Below are positions 25,203 to 39,200 of a stretch of DNA of 64,000 nucleotides, one piece after another (within the stretch, counting starts at the first letter, position 1; each line of letters begins with the position of its first letter). The DNA comes from Oopsacas minuta. Taxonomy: Eukaryota > Animalia > Porifera. The notes under the pieces are model-generated. The model made no database searches. It was not told where the DNA came from and saw nothing but the letters and a program-made list of their open reading frames with translations. A program made the position numbers and the translations under genes. The DNA lies in contig JAKMXF010000303.1 of the NCBI GenBank assembly GCA_024704765.1, positions 123,791 through 187,790 on the forward strand, written 5' to 3'.

Positions 25203-26570
25203 TACATTAGCACTCTGCAATCTACTATTGAATATTGCTCTATAAATTTACAAAGCAGTCGATAGAATATTTCGTCACCTTTTCTCAGAGATGATTAAGA
25301 CCTCGCTTAGAGTAAAAACCATTGAGTTTAATATATAAGATTGTAGATAGGCGCACTTTCGAAACTTCTAAGAATAATCGTAATAATTATGTATTATATC
25401 TGCATCTACTGTATAGTGGGTAAACCAATTTCACACTCCATGCTTCGTGATTGTAGAGAATTAAATATCTGAGAATCAGGCAGAAATTGTATTCAATAAT
25501 TTTATTGGCCTTTTAAATTTACAAAAAGAACAGAAGTATGTATAAATTCGTGATATAATTAACATTATAGCAATCTGTTAGTACCAGTCCGAGATCCACC
25601 AAGCTATCGATCATACTTTGTTTACTGTATTCATATATATAGGACAATTCAATAATAATTAATAGAATAACTGCTTTGGAGCAAATTAGTTCAGTTGAAT
25701 ATTTAGAAGCTAGAAGTCTCTACAAAGCAAAGATGGCTTAATTATATAATTTACTTTTATAGTAGCTTAAGAGCTGATACATAACTACGTATTAGAATGA
25801 TGAACGTGATTTAGCAATAAATATGAATACAACATATGCGTACGCACACCATGTTGAAACTCTACACAGACGTAGACGACTACATGAATCATTATGTTAT
25901 ACAATAGGTCGTGACCTACAGTTAAGTATGGAACTATGGCAACTAAATTCTATTATTTTTGGCAGATAAACTTAAGAATTCAATTATTCTGGTGGCAAAT
26001 CAAAGCAGTTATTTTGGCAACTGGTCATTATGTAAATTCGAACATTAACGCTAAAGTTGAAATTAGGAGTGAGACATTTGTCCACAGAGGTTATTTTGTA
26101 CAGGTTGGATGTTGTTATATGTTTGAGTATGTATTTACCCTGGATTAGTGGCTATACTTGCTTAGATGGTGTCCTAAGTCATCCTATAATACCCTGGATT
26201 AACAAATTCATGGCGCTTAACTATATTACAAGTATAGAGAGAGGATTATACAGCTAATTATGTAGTATTTTTAGATTCATAGTTTAAGACAAATACCGAA
26301 CACATCATTTAGGACAAATTCCAAGTATGAGTTAAAACAAATTCCGATTTCCTCTAAAAATATTAACTTAGATAGTGAATTATAGAAATATATTACGTAA
26401 GGTGATTAAGCGGAGTTATCTATTTCGTGAGACATGTTTTCGTTTGTACTGCCACTTCTCATGACCCAGACCGTTTCAGATAGCATATACATTATATAAT
26501 AAGAATTTCGACAACAACTACGTTTAATAAAATACTAAATCATAGCTATGACTAAATTAAATCAAAAGAT

Positions 26571-29500
26571 TTAATAATTATCAGAGAAAGCTAATTTCTG
26601 TATCTTAGAGAAGTTATCAGATTTTGTTAATTTCCAATAATGTTCCACAAATTCTGAATGTTTGAATGCTTCCACAAACTTCTGGTCATGAGTAATGAGT
26701 ATCATTTGGAAGTTAGATTTAGCCTTAGAATCCAATAACTCAATCAAACTATCCGCTAAAGATACCATATTCCTTCGATCAAGGTTAGTTGTTGGTTCAT
26801 CTAACGCAATAATACCACATTTACTACAAAATGTTTCCGCTAAAGCTAATCGTATCAGAATACAAGCTAAAACCTTTTGTCCTGTACTACAACGGCCTCT
26901 CATACCCATCTCTATATCTCCCTTCATCATAACCACACGGTAGTTATAGGAACCTCTACCACTAGGAGAAGCAGTACTCTCATCGTCAGCTACTATCTGT
27001 ATGTAGTCTATATCAGGACCTTTGTAGATGCTCTGCCAGAGTTCCTGGAGGATTGCGTTGATCTGTTCAATCTTACTTTTGTGGAATTGCATCATACATC
27101 TGTCTAGCTTATGATAGGAATATTCTAGATCTTTTACCACTAGTCTTACAACCTTCAACTCATATTTCTTAGCGTCATGAACACGCATAACATCACGGTA
27201 CTGATCAGACTCAAGGGTACGAGTAACTTTAGCTATTTGTTTCTTCATCTGATCTATTTCTCCTGTTAGTTTGTCTCGTTTAGATCTCTTCTGTTTCAAT
27301 GAAGATTCTAACTGTGTTATGCTAGATTGTAGCTTTTGAATTGGATTTGTATTTAGCTCACTCGCTAGCTCTGCTATTTCTATATTCAGTACACGTAGAT
27401 TCTCTTGATAGCCCTGCAGCTGGATAGCATCAGAATATTCGCGGTTTTTATTCTGTGAGTTTGCTATTTCGTTATTAATATTTGCTATAATCTCACGCAA
27501 TTCCTGTAATCTTGTATTCAACTTATTAATGTTACTCTTTGCTACCTCAATCTCATGAACACAATCTTCATAATCGGTCTGACTATTGTCCAAAGATGCA
27601 GAATCAATTTCTTTCTGTTTTTCATTTATTTTAGTTATTAGAGATTTGAATTGCTCAATCTTACTGCGTTCGATATCCACAATTTGTTTGTATTCTGCAT
27701 GTTTCTCTTTCAATTCATTCTCGTATTTGAGAATACGTTGCTTTATAGGAGTAAGACTCAGCTTCACTTCCTTTATACCCTTGTTCAAATTATCTAATTT
27801 CTGTTCTAACTCTATTTTCCTGGCTAACTGATTTGCTTGATTCTGTTTATGTTTTTGTTGTTCCAGCTGAGCTGCTGTCAGCTCATTAATTTCTTGCTCT
27901 TTATCACGGACTTCATCCTTGTGATTGTTAATAGATGTTTGATGTTCTGAAATCTTAGATTCAAATGCTTTTATTTCCTTCTGATTTTTACGTAGCTGTT
28001 GCTTTATCTCCTCAATAGACTTGGAAGCAATCGGGTTTTTAAGTTTTCTAGATTCTACACTGATTTTAGACTCAATTACCTTTCGCTCACTCTCCTTCTC
28101 GTTCAACACACGAACATCCCACGCTAACGTACTTATCTTATCGAGGACATTTTGATAAGATTTGGCCTGTTTCTCCAGCTGATTTATTTCCTGTGCCAAC
28201 TCTTTCTCCTGGATAATCAGTTGATCGTATTCAGCTTGGAGACCAGGGATTGTACTCTTTTCAACCTTAATCATGTCGTCATTAGCTCCTGATAGCTTCT
28301 GAAGGTTCTCGAGTTTCTCTCCCAATTCTGAGAGCTGAGTCTGTTGTTGTGACATCATGCTAGGGCCTACGTGCTTGATTCTCTTCTCTAGGGATTCCAG
28401 GACTTGAGTCAAAATTTCTAGGTTCTCGAATGCTCTTTTACACACAGGACAAGCATTTCTCTGCTGGACAAAGCTCTGACATTCTTTGTAGAACTGTTTA
28501 GAACCAGAGACAATAGACATTTTATCCTGCTCTACTTGTATCTCCTGTTTGATATCATCAATTACCTGGGAGTATTCCTGATCACCACAAAGTTCTTTCT
28601 TACGAGAATTGAAAGTATTCAGATTGTCTTGATACTGAGTAGCTTGTATCTCACATATATTCTTGCTAGATCTTACGTCATTCAATTTCTTGTTTAGAGT
28701 TTCTAATTTAGAACTCACTTTCTTGTGTTCATCTTCTTTATCACTCTTCAACTTAGCTAGTTTAGCTTCTAGCTCAGACAGAGGGGGAGGCCAGACGAAT
28801 AGAGATTCCAAATCTGGATTAATTTTACTAAGAATTTTATTTATTGATAAATTTTTAGATTCCAAATCTTCCTTTAAGCTATTGACTGCTTTACGAGTAG
28901 ATTCCTCCTGTTCCATTTCAATATTCTCTCTCTCTAACGAGGGAACTCTCTTCTCCAAATCTTTCTTCTTTTGAATCAGCTGTTTGATATTTGATTCCAG
29001 ATCTATTACGTCATGACTAGATTTGAGAGATATCAGCTCTTCGTTAGCTATATCAATAGAGTCCTGTAAGTCTTCTAGCTCCTTACTGAAGCCCCCATCC
29101 TTACGGATATTGAGTAACTCCTGCTCCGCTTCACTCTGCTCAACTCCTCGGATCTTACAAGTTTGTTCCTGTTGGGCTAGTTCTCTGACGAGGTCTTCTT
29201 TCCAAGACAATATGTTCCCTTCCTCCTCCTCTTGCTCAGAGGTGAGACTCTTAAGGTCAGATTCAAACAGCTGGAGCTGTGATCTTCCGCGAGAGAGAGT
29301 ATCTCTTGTGAGAGCTCCAGGAGAGGAGAGGAGAGGAGAACTTGTAGATGTCATTATGGAGGATAGTTCATCCATCAATTCTCTAAGAAGTCTTTTATGA
29401 TACTCCACAGACTTTCTATTCTCATCTAGCTTATCCAGTCTCTGTTGCAGCTCCTTTAGACTCGCCTCTCCTTCATCACGCTCCCTCTCCACTCCTTTTA

Positions 29501-30473
29501 GCTCTCTCTCCCGCGACTTTTGACACCTCTGCTCGGTACTCATCCTATCAGCATGTTCTTCTTTCTGTCTCTTCAACATATCCACATCTCCTGACGGATC
29601 AATGAGTAGGAATTTTCCTTCAAAGGAAGATATATTTTGCTGCGCATGTTTACGACTAGTAACCTTAGTTTTGTGCTGTATATCTCTCTCCTGTGCTCTC
29701 ATCAACATCTCCTTATTCCTCCCTCGGTCTTCCTCTCTCTGCTCTATGAATGCTTCTAGTTCTAAGAATTCAGTTTCTTTGACACTGACCGTCTTCTCAT
29801 GACTACTGAGCTCGTGTTTGAAATCTTCTACATTTTGTTTCTTCTCTGTCAAGTGTTTCAGGTCATTCTCAATCACTTTTATTTGCTCTTGATATTCACT
29901 TCGTAATTTCTTCATATTTTCTAATGCTTTAGTAAACCTTGTAATCTCGAAAATGTTGTCAAATCTAGTTTTTAGCTCTTTGCACTCAGCTAACGGCCAA
30001 TTAGACTCCTCTTGATGACAGAATATGACAGATGACAGGACATATTTGGATACCCCCAGCTCGCGGAACATTTCTTTATCCGTATCAGTACACCGAGATG
30101 ATATAGATTCATTATTTTTAGTGAGTATAGAATCAAGAGTCTTGAATGTTATCTGCCCTCTGGGTTTCAATGTAGATTGTAACATTCTTGTGACACCACG
30201 TTGTTCACCCATATGATTCCTGAAATTTAGCATTACCTTGCCTTTCACCTCGCTTCTGCCTATCAACTTGGGGTCTGTAAGGAACATTCCTCCTTGAGCA
30301 TTAGGCGGATATGCACCAGTAGCCATAAAGCGAAGACATTCAATAATCGTAGTTTTGCCAGCTCCGTTCTGCCCTGCAATAATAGTTATGGGAGATTCAA
30401 ACTTTATGTAACTTTCTTGTGAGGGGTGGAAGCTACGGACCCCTGAGATCTGCATTTCATCTATTGAAGACAT
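26571..30473 (-). CDS. RAD50: DNA repair protein RAD50, 1300 aa, single uninterrupted ORF
   Basis: Walker A GQNGAGKTT, Q-loop FCHQEESNWPL, long coiled coils, zinc hook CPVC, signature MRGRCSTGQKVL, Walker B ALDEPTTNLD and H-loop LITHD. Confidence 0.98.
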   Translation of the reverse strand: MSSIDEMQISGVRSFHPSQESYIKFESPITIIAGQNGAGKTTIIECLRFMATGAYPPNAQGGMFLTDPKLIGRSEVKGKVMLNFRNHMGEQRGVTRMLQSTLKPRGQITFKTLDSILTKNNESISSRCTDTDKEMFRELGVSKYVLSSVIFCHQEESNWPLAECKELKTRFDNIFEITRFTKALENMKKLRSEYQEQIKVIENDLKHLTEKKQNVEDFKHELSSHEKTVSVKETEFLELEAFIEQREEDRGRNKEMLMRAQERDIQHKTKVTSRKHAQQNISSFEGKFLLIDPSGDVDMLKRQKEEHADRMSTEQRCQKSRERELKGVERERDEGEASLKELQQRLDKLDENRKSVEYHKRLLRELMDELSSIMTSTSSPLLSSPGALTRDTLSRGRSQLQLFESDLKSLTSEQEEEEGNILSWKEDLVRELAQQEQTCKIRGVEQSEAEQELLNIRKDGGFSKELEDLQDSIDIANEELISLKSSHDVIDLESNIKQLIQKKKDLEKRVPSLERENIEMEQEESTRKAVNSLKEDLESKNLSINKILSKINPDLESLFVWPPPLSELEAKLAKLKSDKEDEHKKVSSKLETLNKKLNDVRSSKNICEIQATQYQDNLNTFNSRKKELCGDQEYSQVIDDIKQEIQVEQDKMSIVSGSKQFYKECQSFVQQRNACPVCKRAFENLEILTQVLESLEKRIKHVGPSMMSQQQTQLSELGEKLENLQKLSGANDDMIKVEKSTIPGLQAEYDQLIIQEKELAQEINQLEKQAKSYQNVLDKISTLAWDVRVLNEKESERKVIESKISVESRKLKNPIASKSIEEIKQQLRKNQKEIKAFESKISEHQTSINNHKDEVRDKEQEINELTAAQLEQQKHKQNQANQLARKIELEQKLDNLNKGIKEVKLSLTPIKQRILKYENELKEKHAEYKQIVDIERSKIEQFKSLITKINEKQKEIDSASLDNSQTDYEDCVHEIEVAKSNINKLNTRLQELREIIANINNEIANSQNKNREYSDAIQLQGYQENLRVLNIEIAELASELNTNPIQKLQSSITQLESSLKQKRSKRDKLTGEIDQMKKQIAKVTRTLESDQYRDVMRVHDAKKYELKVVRLVVKDLEYSYHKLDRCMMQFHKSKIEQINAILQELWQSIYKGPDIDYIQIVADDESTASPSGRGSYNYRVVMMKGDIEMGMRGRCSTGQKVLACILIRLALAETFCSKCGIIALDEPTTNLDRRNMVSLADSLIELLDSKAKSNFQMILITHDQKFVEAFKHSEFVEHYWKLTKSDNFSKIQKLAFSDNY

Positions 30474-30544
30474 CTGTCACGCAGAATACAACTAACTGCG
30501 TATATTGACAATTAGAAGAGTGCATCAGATCATGATTCATAGAG

Positions 30545-30777
30545 CAGAGTTGCACGCGGGCTAAAATTTCTAACCGCGGCCCAACCCGCAGCCCGTGATT
30601 GAATTAGTCGTCCCGCAGAAAGCCCGCATGAATTTTTCGGCCAGCAATTAGCCCGCGAAAACAAAAATTTACGGGAGAAACAGTAACCTGAGACTGCGGA
30701 GTGAGGTTAATGCGGATCATGATGGGAGTATTTCCCTGCCGGCCTGTAAAATAGTTTTCGGCCTGCGCGTAACCCTG
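30545..30777. mobile_element. GC-rich hAT-type MITE immediately upstream of RAD50
   Basis: TIR CAGAGTTGCACGCGGGC / GCCTGCGCGTAACCCTG with a perfect 8-bp TSD TCATAGAG (30537-30544, 30778-30785). Confidence 0.9.
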
Positions 30778-33284
30778 TCATAGAGGAATAATCTGAGGGA
30801 ACGCGGAATTTGACCTAAACTGATGTAGGAAAATGACCTAAATTCATTTCGTTTGGGATTGACAGAATTCTGACTGTGATGTTTGTATTGATTTTGTCCT
30901 TGTGATCATGATAGTTGTATTACATGAACAATTCAACAATGATAAATAAATAGTGTCATTGAGTGTGTATGATAATACTGAATATTACCATATTACCAAC
31001 ACATGTTGTCAAATTTATCAACAAATGCTGTCATATTACCAACAATATTGTTGGTAATATGCAGGTCTCGTACATGTTTCGTACGAGTCTGTCAGCTACA
31101 AAAAGGAATGGCAACATTATTCAGTCACATAATGGGTACAAATAAACTAGGAACTTTGTTGACACTAATTGGATACTAGTTTTGGATTTTCATGGCATTA
31201 GTGGATGAATCTTTGCCTGGGAGTTGACCGGAAGTTTCTCCCCCTACGTCTTGCTGAGTGTCTTTATAACTCACTAAGAGTGTGATTAAAAGGACATTTC
31301 TTTGATTATCTAACTAGATTAGATTTAGCCAAACCATACGCCTAAAATGTTTCCCCTCATATTTACGCCCGCCTAGAGTATACATTAAGTATTACGGTAT
31401 GGGGGATCTAGCGCAAATATAACGCGCCTATATCTATTTTGCTGATATTCATGCGCCTGTAGGCGAGCCGCATACGCCTGGATGATTCCCTGGATTCAGC
31501 CGAGAATATGGCTTGTTACTAATATATTTCCTATACATATATACGTACATATGCGGTGATTGATCGGTAGCGATAGATTTGTTTTGCTGGTATTTTAGTC
31601 CTATTTTGTAATTGTCATTTGTTGGTAATTTGACAACACAAATCTGTTGGTCATTTGCAGGCGTCTCGGACAATTAATACAAGTCTGAAAGATGCTGATT
31701 ATTATTGTACGGCGAAGTGTTGTAACAATAGGGGTTACCCACAACAAATTTCGAATTTATATCATTTCCTACTTCCCAAAATTATTTAGGCTAAACTCCT
31801 GCGTCCCTGATCTGACACTATTCTTACTTAATTTTGGGGAAATTCAGAATTTTATAACACAAGTACAATCACGTACCTCAATATTGAAATCTCATTTTCC
31901 TATAGCTGTATAGCGGAAATAATGTATCCTTATATAGGATATAACGACATACTCATGAACTCGTTTCATTGCATTATAAGCGCTGTTCATTATTGCGGAA
32001 GTAAATTCACAACTTGTATAACAGTGATTTCATACCCCCCTAGGGGCAGTGCTTTATCTGCCTTTATCAAATCCCCGCACCATGGGTGTATTTCATTTTT
32101 CGCGCACCCTCCCATGTTTTCGAAAAATCATGGACCTCTGAGTATGTGCCGCGTATCCAGATGAAGCTTGTATAGGGGGTATTAAGCACTTTGTTATAGA
32201 CGGAATTATTTAAAGTTTATATAATGTAATAGATGGAAAGATTAGACAATTTCGTTCTGAGCAGTATGTATTATATTTTATATCCAACTGGTTTATAGCC
32301 AGAGTCCATTGTCTTTATCTATATATATATAGAAAAATTGTTGATGAATATGGTGTCATGTTAAACTTTATTCGCAATTGGGAATCAGTGGCGGTCCGAT
32401 CCTAGAGGGACAAACGGGGCATACGCCCCAGGTTTGAAAATAATGAGAAAATTCGTGAAGATGAAGTGTTGAGTTACCACTATTTGGATAATCGATGGAA
32501 AGATCCAGTTTGATTGAGGTCCGCCATTATTATCGTTTGATGAGAAATTAATCAAAAATACTATGTTCATCTATCAACCAAAAGTATGTATATAAGTACT
32601 TCACCATGGATAAGCTACAACTATGTTTGTTGTATAAGAAATCTGGCCTATGAACAGGAGGACTAATTAGCAGGTAGATTGGAATTGACCATGGACAAAT
32701 TGTGCTAGTTGTACAAACTACATAAAGGTTCTGGTTGTCACTTTAAAGGAACAGTGCCGCCATATCATGAATAAGTTCATAGATTTAATCAGAGGAAAGC
32801 ACTATAATTCCATACAATAAATTCTAATGTCATATCTAGTTCATATTATATAAAGGCTGCATTATAGTGATATCTACAGTATAAACCGGATATTTCTACT
32901 GTATTGACTTGAAAATTCGTGTCCACAATAAATGCTTACCCCAATAGCCATTAAGTGTAAATATAAATATATGTATAGAATAAATTATCATTTCAGAATA
33001 GAAGGAATCGCAGGATTAAGAATCAATATTGAACTACTCATCATAACTGCTTATTTATAATATAAACTACAAACATAATAGATTTAATACTGCATTTAAA
33101 GTAGCAACAGAACCTGTATAAAGATGTTAGGAAAGCACGAAAGACATAAGATAGACTGCGAGGTTTTCTTGCACACAGAGAGATCAGTGAACTGTACAAG
33201 CAGAATATTGAATTGAATATTCTAAGAATCGTAAGCAAACGGCCGCTCTTTAAGATAAAAATTACATTTGTAAGAGATGAGGGC

Positions 33285-36200
33285 TTAATTTTTCATGTAG
33301 TGCATCTGATTCTGATTCTGCTTCTGCATAGCTGGATTTGGAATCATTCCTCCTTGTTGAAGTGGCACCATTCCTGGCATCCCCTGCATTCTATCTGAGC
33401 CCATTTGACCCATACCAGTTTGTGATCCCATCCCCATCATCATAGAGCTGTCCATTCCAGACATCATACTTCGTCCTCCCATCAACATTGGTTGGTTTGG
33501 CACTAAATAATGTATAAATGTTAATTAGGGAGCCTTAAGGATTGAATATATATCAGTAGACAGCAATGCTAGTGGATCCTGCATTATAAAGGTGCATTCG
33601 TATTATCAGAAGCTATTTCAGATCAGAAACCACTACGGAATGCTGGTTTCACTGTATTTTACATATTTAATTAATACATGAATGATTAGACACACAAACA
33701 GAAAACAGTAGTCAGTTTGTAAAGTGTTCATGTATATATATATAAATGATATAATGATAAGAGCTTACTCATAGGTCTTCTGACTTGAGGAGGATATCTC
33801 GGTTGTTGTTGCATCATTCTATTTACTGGCATCTGGTTTATCATTCCCTAAATACGATGTATAGTAATAATTTTTTGTAAAAAAAGCACAAAATGGAAAA
33901 GTTCACATTTAGCGTTATTCCACTTCCACAACACACATAATAGAAATTAGGATTTAGTATACAGAAGAAGTGTGTTTATGTTGCAGGGCAACATTTACTT
34001 GTTAAAGAGAGCAAAATTAGCTTAAATTATGTAATTGTTCTTTCGCTTATATTTGCAAAACTAATTAATTAACAGCCAATTCTGAAAGATTTAGACACGC
34101 ACTACATTATCGAGATAGTTATACACATACCTGTTGGCTTGGTAGTCTGAGAGGCCTGTTGATACCCAACTGGGGTCGGGCACTCGGTTTGTCACTTTTT
34201 AACAATAGGGAAAGAACATGTTTATCCCCACCCGAGGGAACACCTCCTCCCTGAGTAGCATACTGAGTTTGATCCCCTGTCTGATTTCTAGTAGACATAC
34301 TAACTTGGTTGCCTGTTTGTGTGTAAGAGGGGTTGTTAATCATATTAGCCCCCATCACACCCATATTAGGAGGCAAGTTGTTCATCATAGGGTTACTATT
34401 CCCACCCATGTGATTAGACATATTACTAACTCCAGACACACCACTCATGTCTGCAACACTTGTAGATAATGACACTTTAGTTCCATTACCCTGTCCACTG
34501 TTACTACCATTACCAACCATAGTATTATTTGACTGTACACCCATGTTTCCTCCCATCATGGAGTCGTTAGAATATCCTTGAGGTATGTTACCCATCTGGT
34601 TCATACCACTCATTCCCATGTTACCTCCCATACTGCCTTGCATCTGATTGAGTTGTGCCATCTGATTCTAAAAAATATTACATCTACGGATAAGAACAAC
34701 TCCATTGCATAGTAGTATTAGATTATATTCACGTATATAAAGTGGAGTTCGCACATTAGCAAGTCGTATTTTGCACGAATTTCCCTTGCTAATAATATTC
34801 CAACCTGCTATTAAAAGTATTATTTTCAATACAAAATAGCCCCTGAAAAAACTTGCTATCAGACGACTATTGCAAATAGGCGAACACCACTGTAAGTATT
34901 GTATATTGGAAAGTATAATCTCTGATTCTCATTGAAAGGTAAATTGTTAAAGTACGCTTGTTAAAAATTCGGATTCAACGCGTTAGAAATTTCACGGTTG
35001 CGTTGTATATTTTTCTTTATAAGAAAATTGTAAAAAGGAATACATAGGTGAATAGAACATTCAGAAAATGTATTAGTATGGTTCCATTTCCTGAATTTTG
35101 GAGGTGTTAATATACTATTTCTAGCACACTTTTCAGGATTTGGAATCAGACTATATTAAGACAATTACCGAAGCTATCTGATCTAGTCCCATCCCATGCT
35201 GGTGAGGACCTCTCTGCATCATCCCTAGTACGTTGTGAGGAGGCATACGAGGAATGTTTACTTTTTGCTGTTGTTGAATGGTCACATGCATTTGCCCCTA
35301 AAGTTTACATGAAGAAATAAACAAGTGAATGGAGGTATACTATGAGTCGTAGACTATGCTTGTAGCTGTATACTTTAAAATACCTTTTTCATAACTTCAG
35401 AGAAACGCTGGTAGAACCTCTTATCGATTGGATAGAGAACAGTCAGTGTAGATTTGTTGGCTAATTCGTTAAGTTTAACTATTAACATCTGAAAATTAAT
35501 CTGGAAATTTGTAGTTTGATGTACTCTGTGATGATAGAGAAACAAGCACATCTTATTCTCTGTTAAATTGTGGAGACAAGGCAGTAGGTTTGGATTATCT
35601 AAAATCTACATAAGAAACAGGAAGTAAAACACACAAAGCATGGGAGTATATTGTGTTAATAAGTATTTACCTGCATTGTCCCGTGAATCAATCCTCTGTC
35701 ATGAATGCCCGAGTTTCCGTATTGACTAGGATCTCCCTGTGCGAATAAAATTTCTCTCAGATAAACTATTGGAGGACTCGTTTTGAAGGTCCATCTCTTT
35801 GGGAAACCGTCTGGTATTAGGCTTTGATGCTGGAAGGTGACACGTCCCTTCACTTGACAGAAGTTACCTCCAACATGAGGTCTACCCTCCTCCAGAGTTA
35901 TATCAATCGGCTGAGATGGCATGACGTGTTGCGAGGGAGGCATTTGGTAAGCAGATTTCAATGCCGGATCTGTAGTAATAACATTCATAATTAATAACTG
36001 TCATAACAATCATAGTAACATACAAATATACAGAATGTCTGCCTTATGTCATGAGCAGCGTAACTTGCTGATATTACCGATTATTGATCGTTATGTTAGG
36101 ATATTTCGGCTGGCCAAATAAGCCAGGTAATACAGCCAGTTGAACACTATCAGTTTCTGGCAAATCAAATTTAGATAGGTAGGCCACAATGTATAATAGT

Positions 36201-39200
36201 ACCAGCAGTTGACTATTGGAAACAACTATGAAAACGGAAATAAATGAGTACTGGCCTGGTGATAAAATCTCAATAAAGGAGGAATTAAGACAGATTTTCT
36301 CAAACTTTGGTTATACAATAGAGATTTACGCGATTTTGGTTTAGTTGAAATTCTATGGCCATTTTACCAAACGTGGCCAAACATAATCAATCATGAATAA
36401 ACAGGTCGATAAGGTTGTAGCCATGATACAAAATTGGTGTTGTCATTGTCCAATAAAAATGTTTGTTAATCCCTGCCTGTATTATAACATTAGATGATTG
36501 AGGAATTATATTAGCAATCAAAAAAGTAATCGCGACAATATAAACTGTAAATCAGTGGTTATGATATATACGCGTAATTATGTTAATTAAGTATGGAATA
36601 TGTATAGAAATGTGTCGAAGTATACGGACGACGATTCGCCCAGATGTCGATAACAGAATAAAATCAACCACCACAAATTAGAATTCCCTATAAACATATT
36701 AAGCACTGTCTCACAAATAGCAAATAGTTGCTATGTAGTAGTGATTATATAATGTAATTACTAATTAATCTGTGAATGAGTGTACGATTCTTGTACGAAA
36801 ACGGAATGTTCACCGATCGGATGAGTGTAACCTTATCCGAACGTTTTTGGCCGGTGGCAATGATAACGGATAATCGATATTGCAGTTATATAGAAGTGAT
36901 GTACTCACCTATGTTAGATTGAGGGGTAATCCCCAAATTCGATATCTGAGGCTTGAAGTCCTCGATAACTGATGTAACATCTTTATCAGGGATATGTTGC
37001 TGTTGGTTAGGTGTGAAGTAAGTATTCAATGAATTCATAGTAGGCTTAATATCAGGGAGATCAGATGGAATATCTATAGGAGGAACAGCTGATGGAGAGT
37101 TACTCGAATCGTCAACACATTGCTTCTTCTGAGGAGGTTCTTTTGGTTCGTTTAAGCTTGGATTTGCATTGTTTGGAGAAGAAATGTTTAAATTAGTTAC
37201 ATCTAGATAACATTAGATATAAATAATAAATAATACATCTTGTGTATGCAAGATCAATATACACGTGTAAGTATTAAAGAATAAATTACTTGGAGAAGTC
37301 TTGGGGGAGAGTTTTTGATGAGGAGGAGATGGTATCTGTTGGTAGGTATGTTGAGTTTGTTGTTGTTGTGATTGCGGTTGTTGTGTTTGTAGTAGTTGTT
37401 GCTGAGATTGTTGTGTTTGTGGTTGTTGTTGTTGCGTTTGTTGGGGCTGTTGTTGTTGAAGATGTTGTTGTTGTGATTGATGCTGAGATAATTGTTGTGC
37501 TGTTTGTTGTTCATGAAACTGTTGTTGAGGATTTTGTGTAGAATAAGAACTTTGGTAAGTTTGCTGAGGGTTATGAGACATTTGAGACTGAGTCTGTAAT
37601 ATCTGTTGATTCTGATTATTGTTGTGTTGGTATATCTGAGTGTTATGAGCATCAATCATAGACACAGAGTTTGGGTTAACAGGGTGAGGAGGTATATATG
37701 AATGGTTAGGAGTAGGTACAATAGGGGAGTAAGTTAGATCGTTGGGTTGTATTTGAGTTTGATCGTCTGGAATCAATATGTTCATTGGGTCTCCTATCAG
37801 AGGTATAGATAATTATAATTAATTGAATCTCTTATAATGAATTGTATTACAAATCATTTAAGCTCGAGGAACATAATTAAATTTCGACAAAAACTCCCAT
37901 ATATGGCCGTAATTGTTACTCTAGAATGTGCTAACTAATCACGATAGATTAATTATTGCCAGTTCCTTAATCAACTTTGTCTACAACATCTATATCCTAG
38001 TATTATATTATGTTTACCTTGCAAGTCAATGCCTTGTAGCATTACGAGGTGTTTGTATTGCTTGTTAGAATCCATAGAATATTCTGCTGTAAGCAAGGCC
38101 TAAATACAAAATATGTATATTACTAAATAGTAAATTATTAAATACAAATAGAACGAAGCAAGGTTAGTTGGAAACTTGTTTCAGTCCCCTACACCGCGTC
38201 CAATTGGTAATTCACTGCAATCCAGCATAAAATTAGCTGCTGGATAATATACATAGATTAGTTAAACGCTAATGTCTTCTATCATTTTCTACTTTTCAAA
38301 TTTGAGTATCTGGATTTTTATTGGATATGTAGATTTCATTCCAAAATTGTTTCTCATATTATTTCTGAGATTCACGCGTCAGGCAGTTGGGTACCAGTCG
38401 AAATTGGAGTACAACTCGACGGGTCGACTGGCCGGTCAGGTTGAGTCGGAATCTTAAAAATCATGAGATTCTAATTAGAAGTATTAACAGATGTCTCTTC
38501 AAGCGCATGATACTAACAAACATAATGTGCACATAAAAATAAAATACAGTGCAACCTCTATTAGTGGGGTCTCTATAAATTGTAATCTCTATAAGCGGGA
38601 CAATTTTGGTCCAACTTCATTCATTTCCATAGAAAAGAACCTCGGGAAGTAGGGGATGGGGCAAACTTTAGAGATACTCATGCTACACACCATTGGAATT
38701 GCGGGGAATTCTACGATAAATTTTCTGGAATATCCCATTTTTTAATAAATTTTGGAAAAAACACGTATTTACAGCTATGATGAATTGAAATCTTTGGGTT
38801 TTTAGAAGAAAATTTCTTAAAATTTTTAATATTCAACCTTAGGGATATTATAGAAATGAAATATCATTGAAAAAACAGTTGTTGGAGCAAGTGGCTATGT
38901 CATTGACTAAAAAATCTCTGGTTAAAGGACATTTGCATTAGAAAGTTTAAATGGGGAATGGGGGCTATAGGAGATTCGCCGTCCCGACCTCCTCACTTAT
39001 AGAGGTTCTGCTGTAATTAATATTAGAATAGAGAGTTACAGGAAGATCTACTAGTAAATACACACAAATGTAATTATGTATTTGATTGTGAAACAATATA
39101 TTATCCTAATGGCTATATCAAACATGCTTATGTATGAACTATGTATATAAGCAGCTAATACTACGGCACTGTACTTATAGAGCAGAAAGTAATGTCGCAA

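Noticed and set aside
25936-26257. Two overlapping short ORFs between BLTP3 and RAD50
   Set aside because: No recognisable domain or splice support. Lengths are within the chance range.
26860-26905. RAD50 signature motif CSTGQ instead of CSAGQ
   Set aside because: It is a single small substitution with the key Ser, Gly and Gln retained, so it is unlikely to signal altered function.
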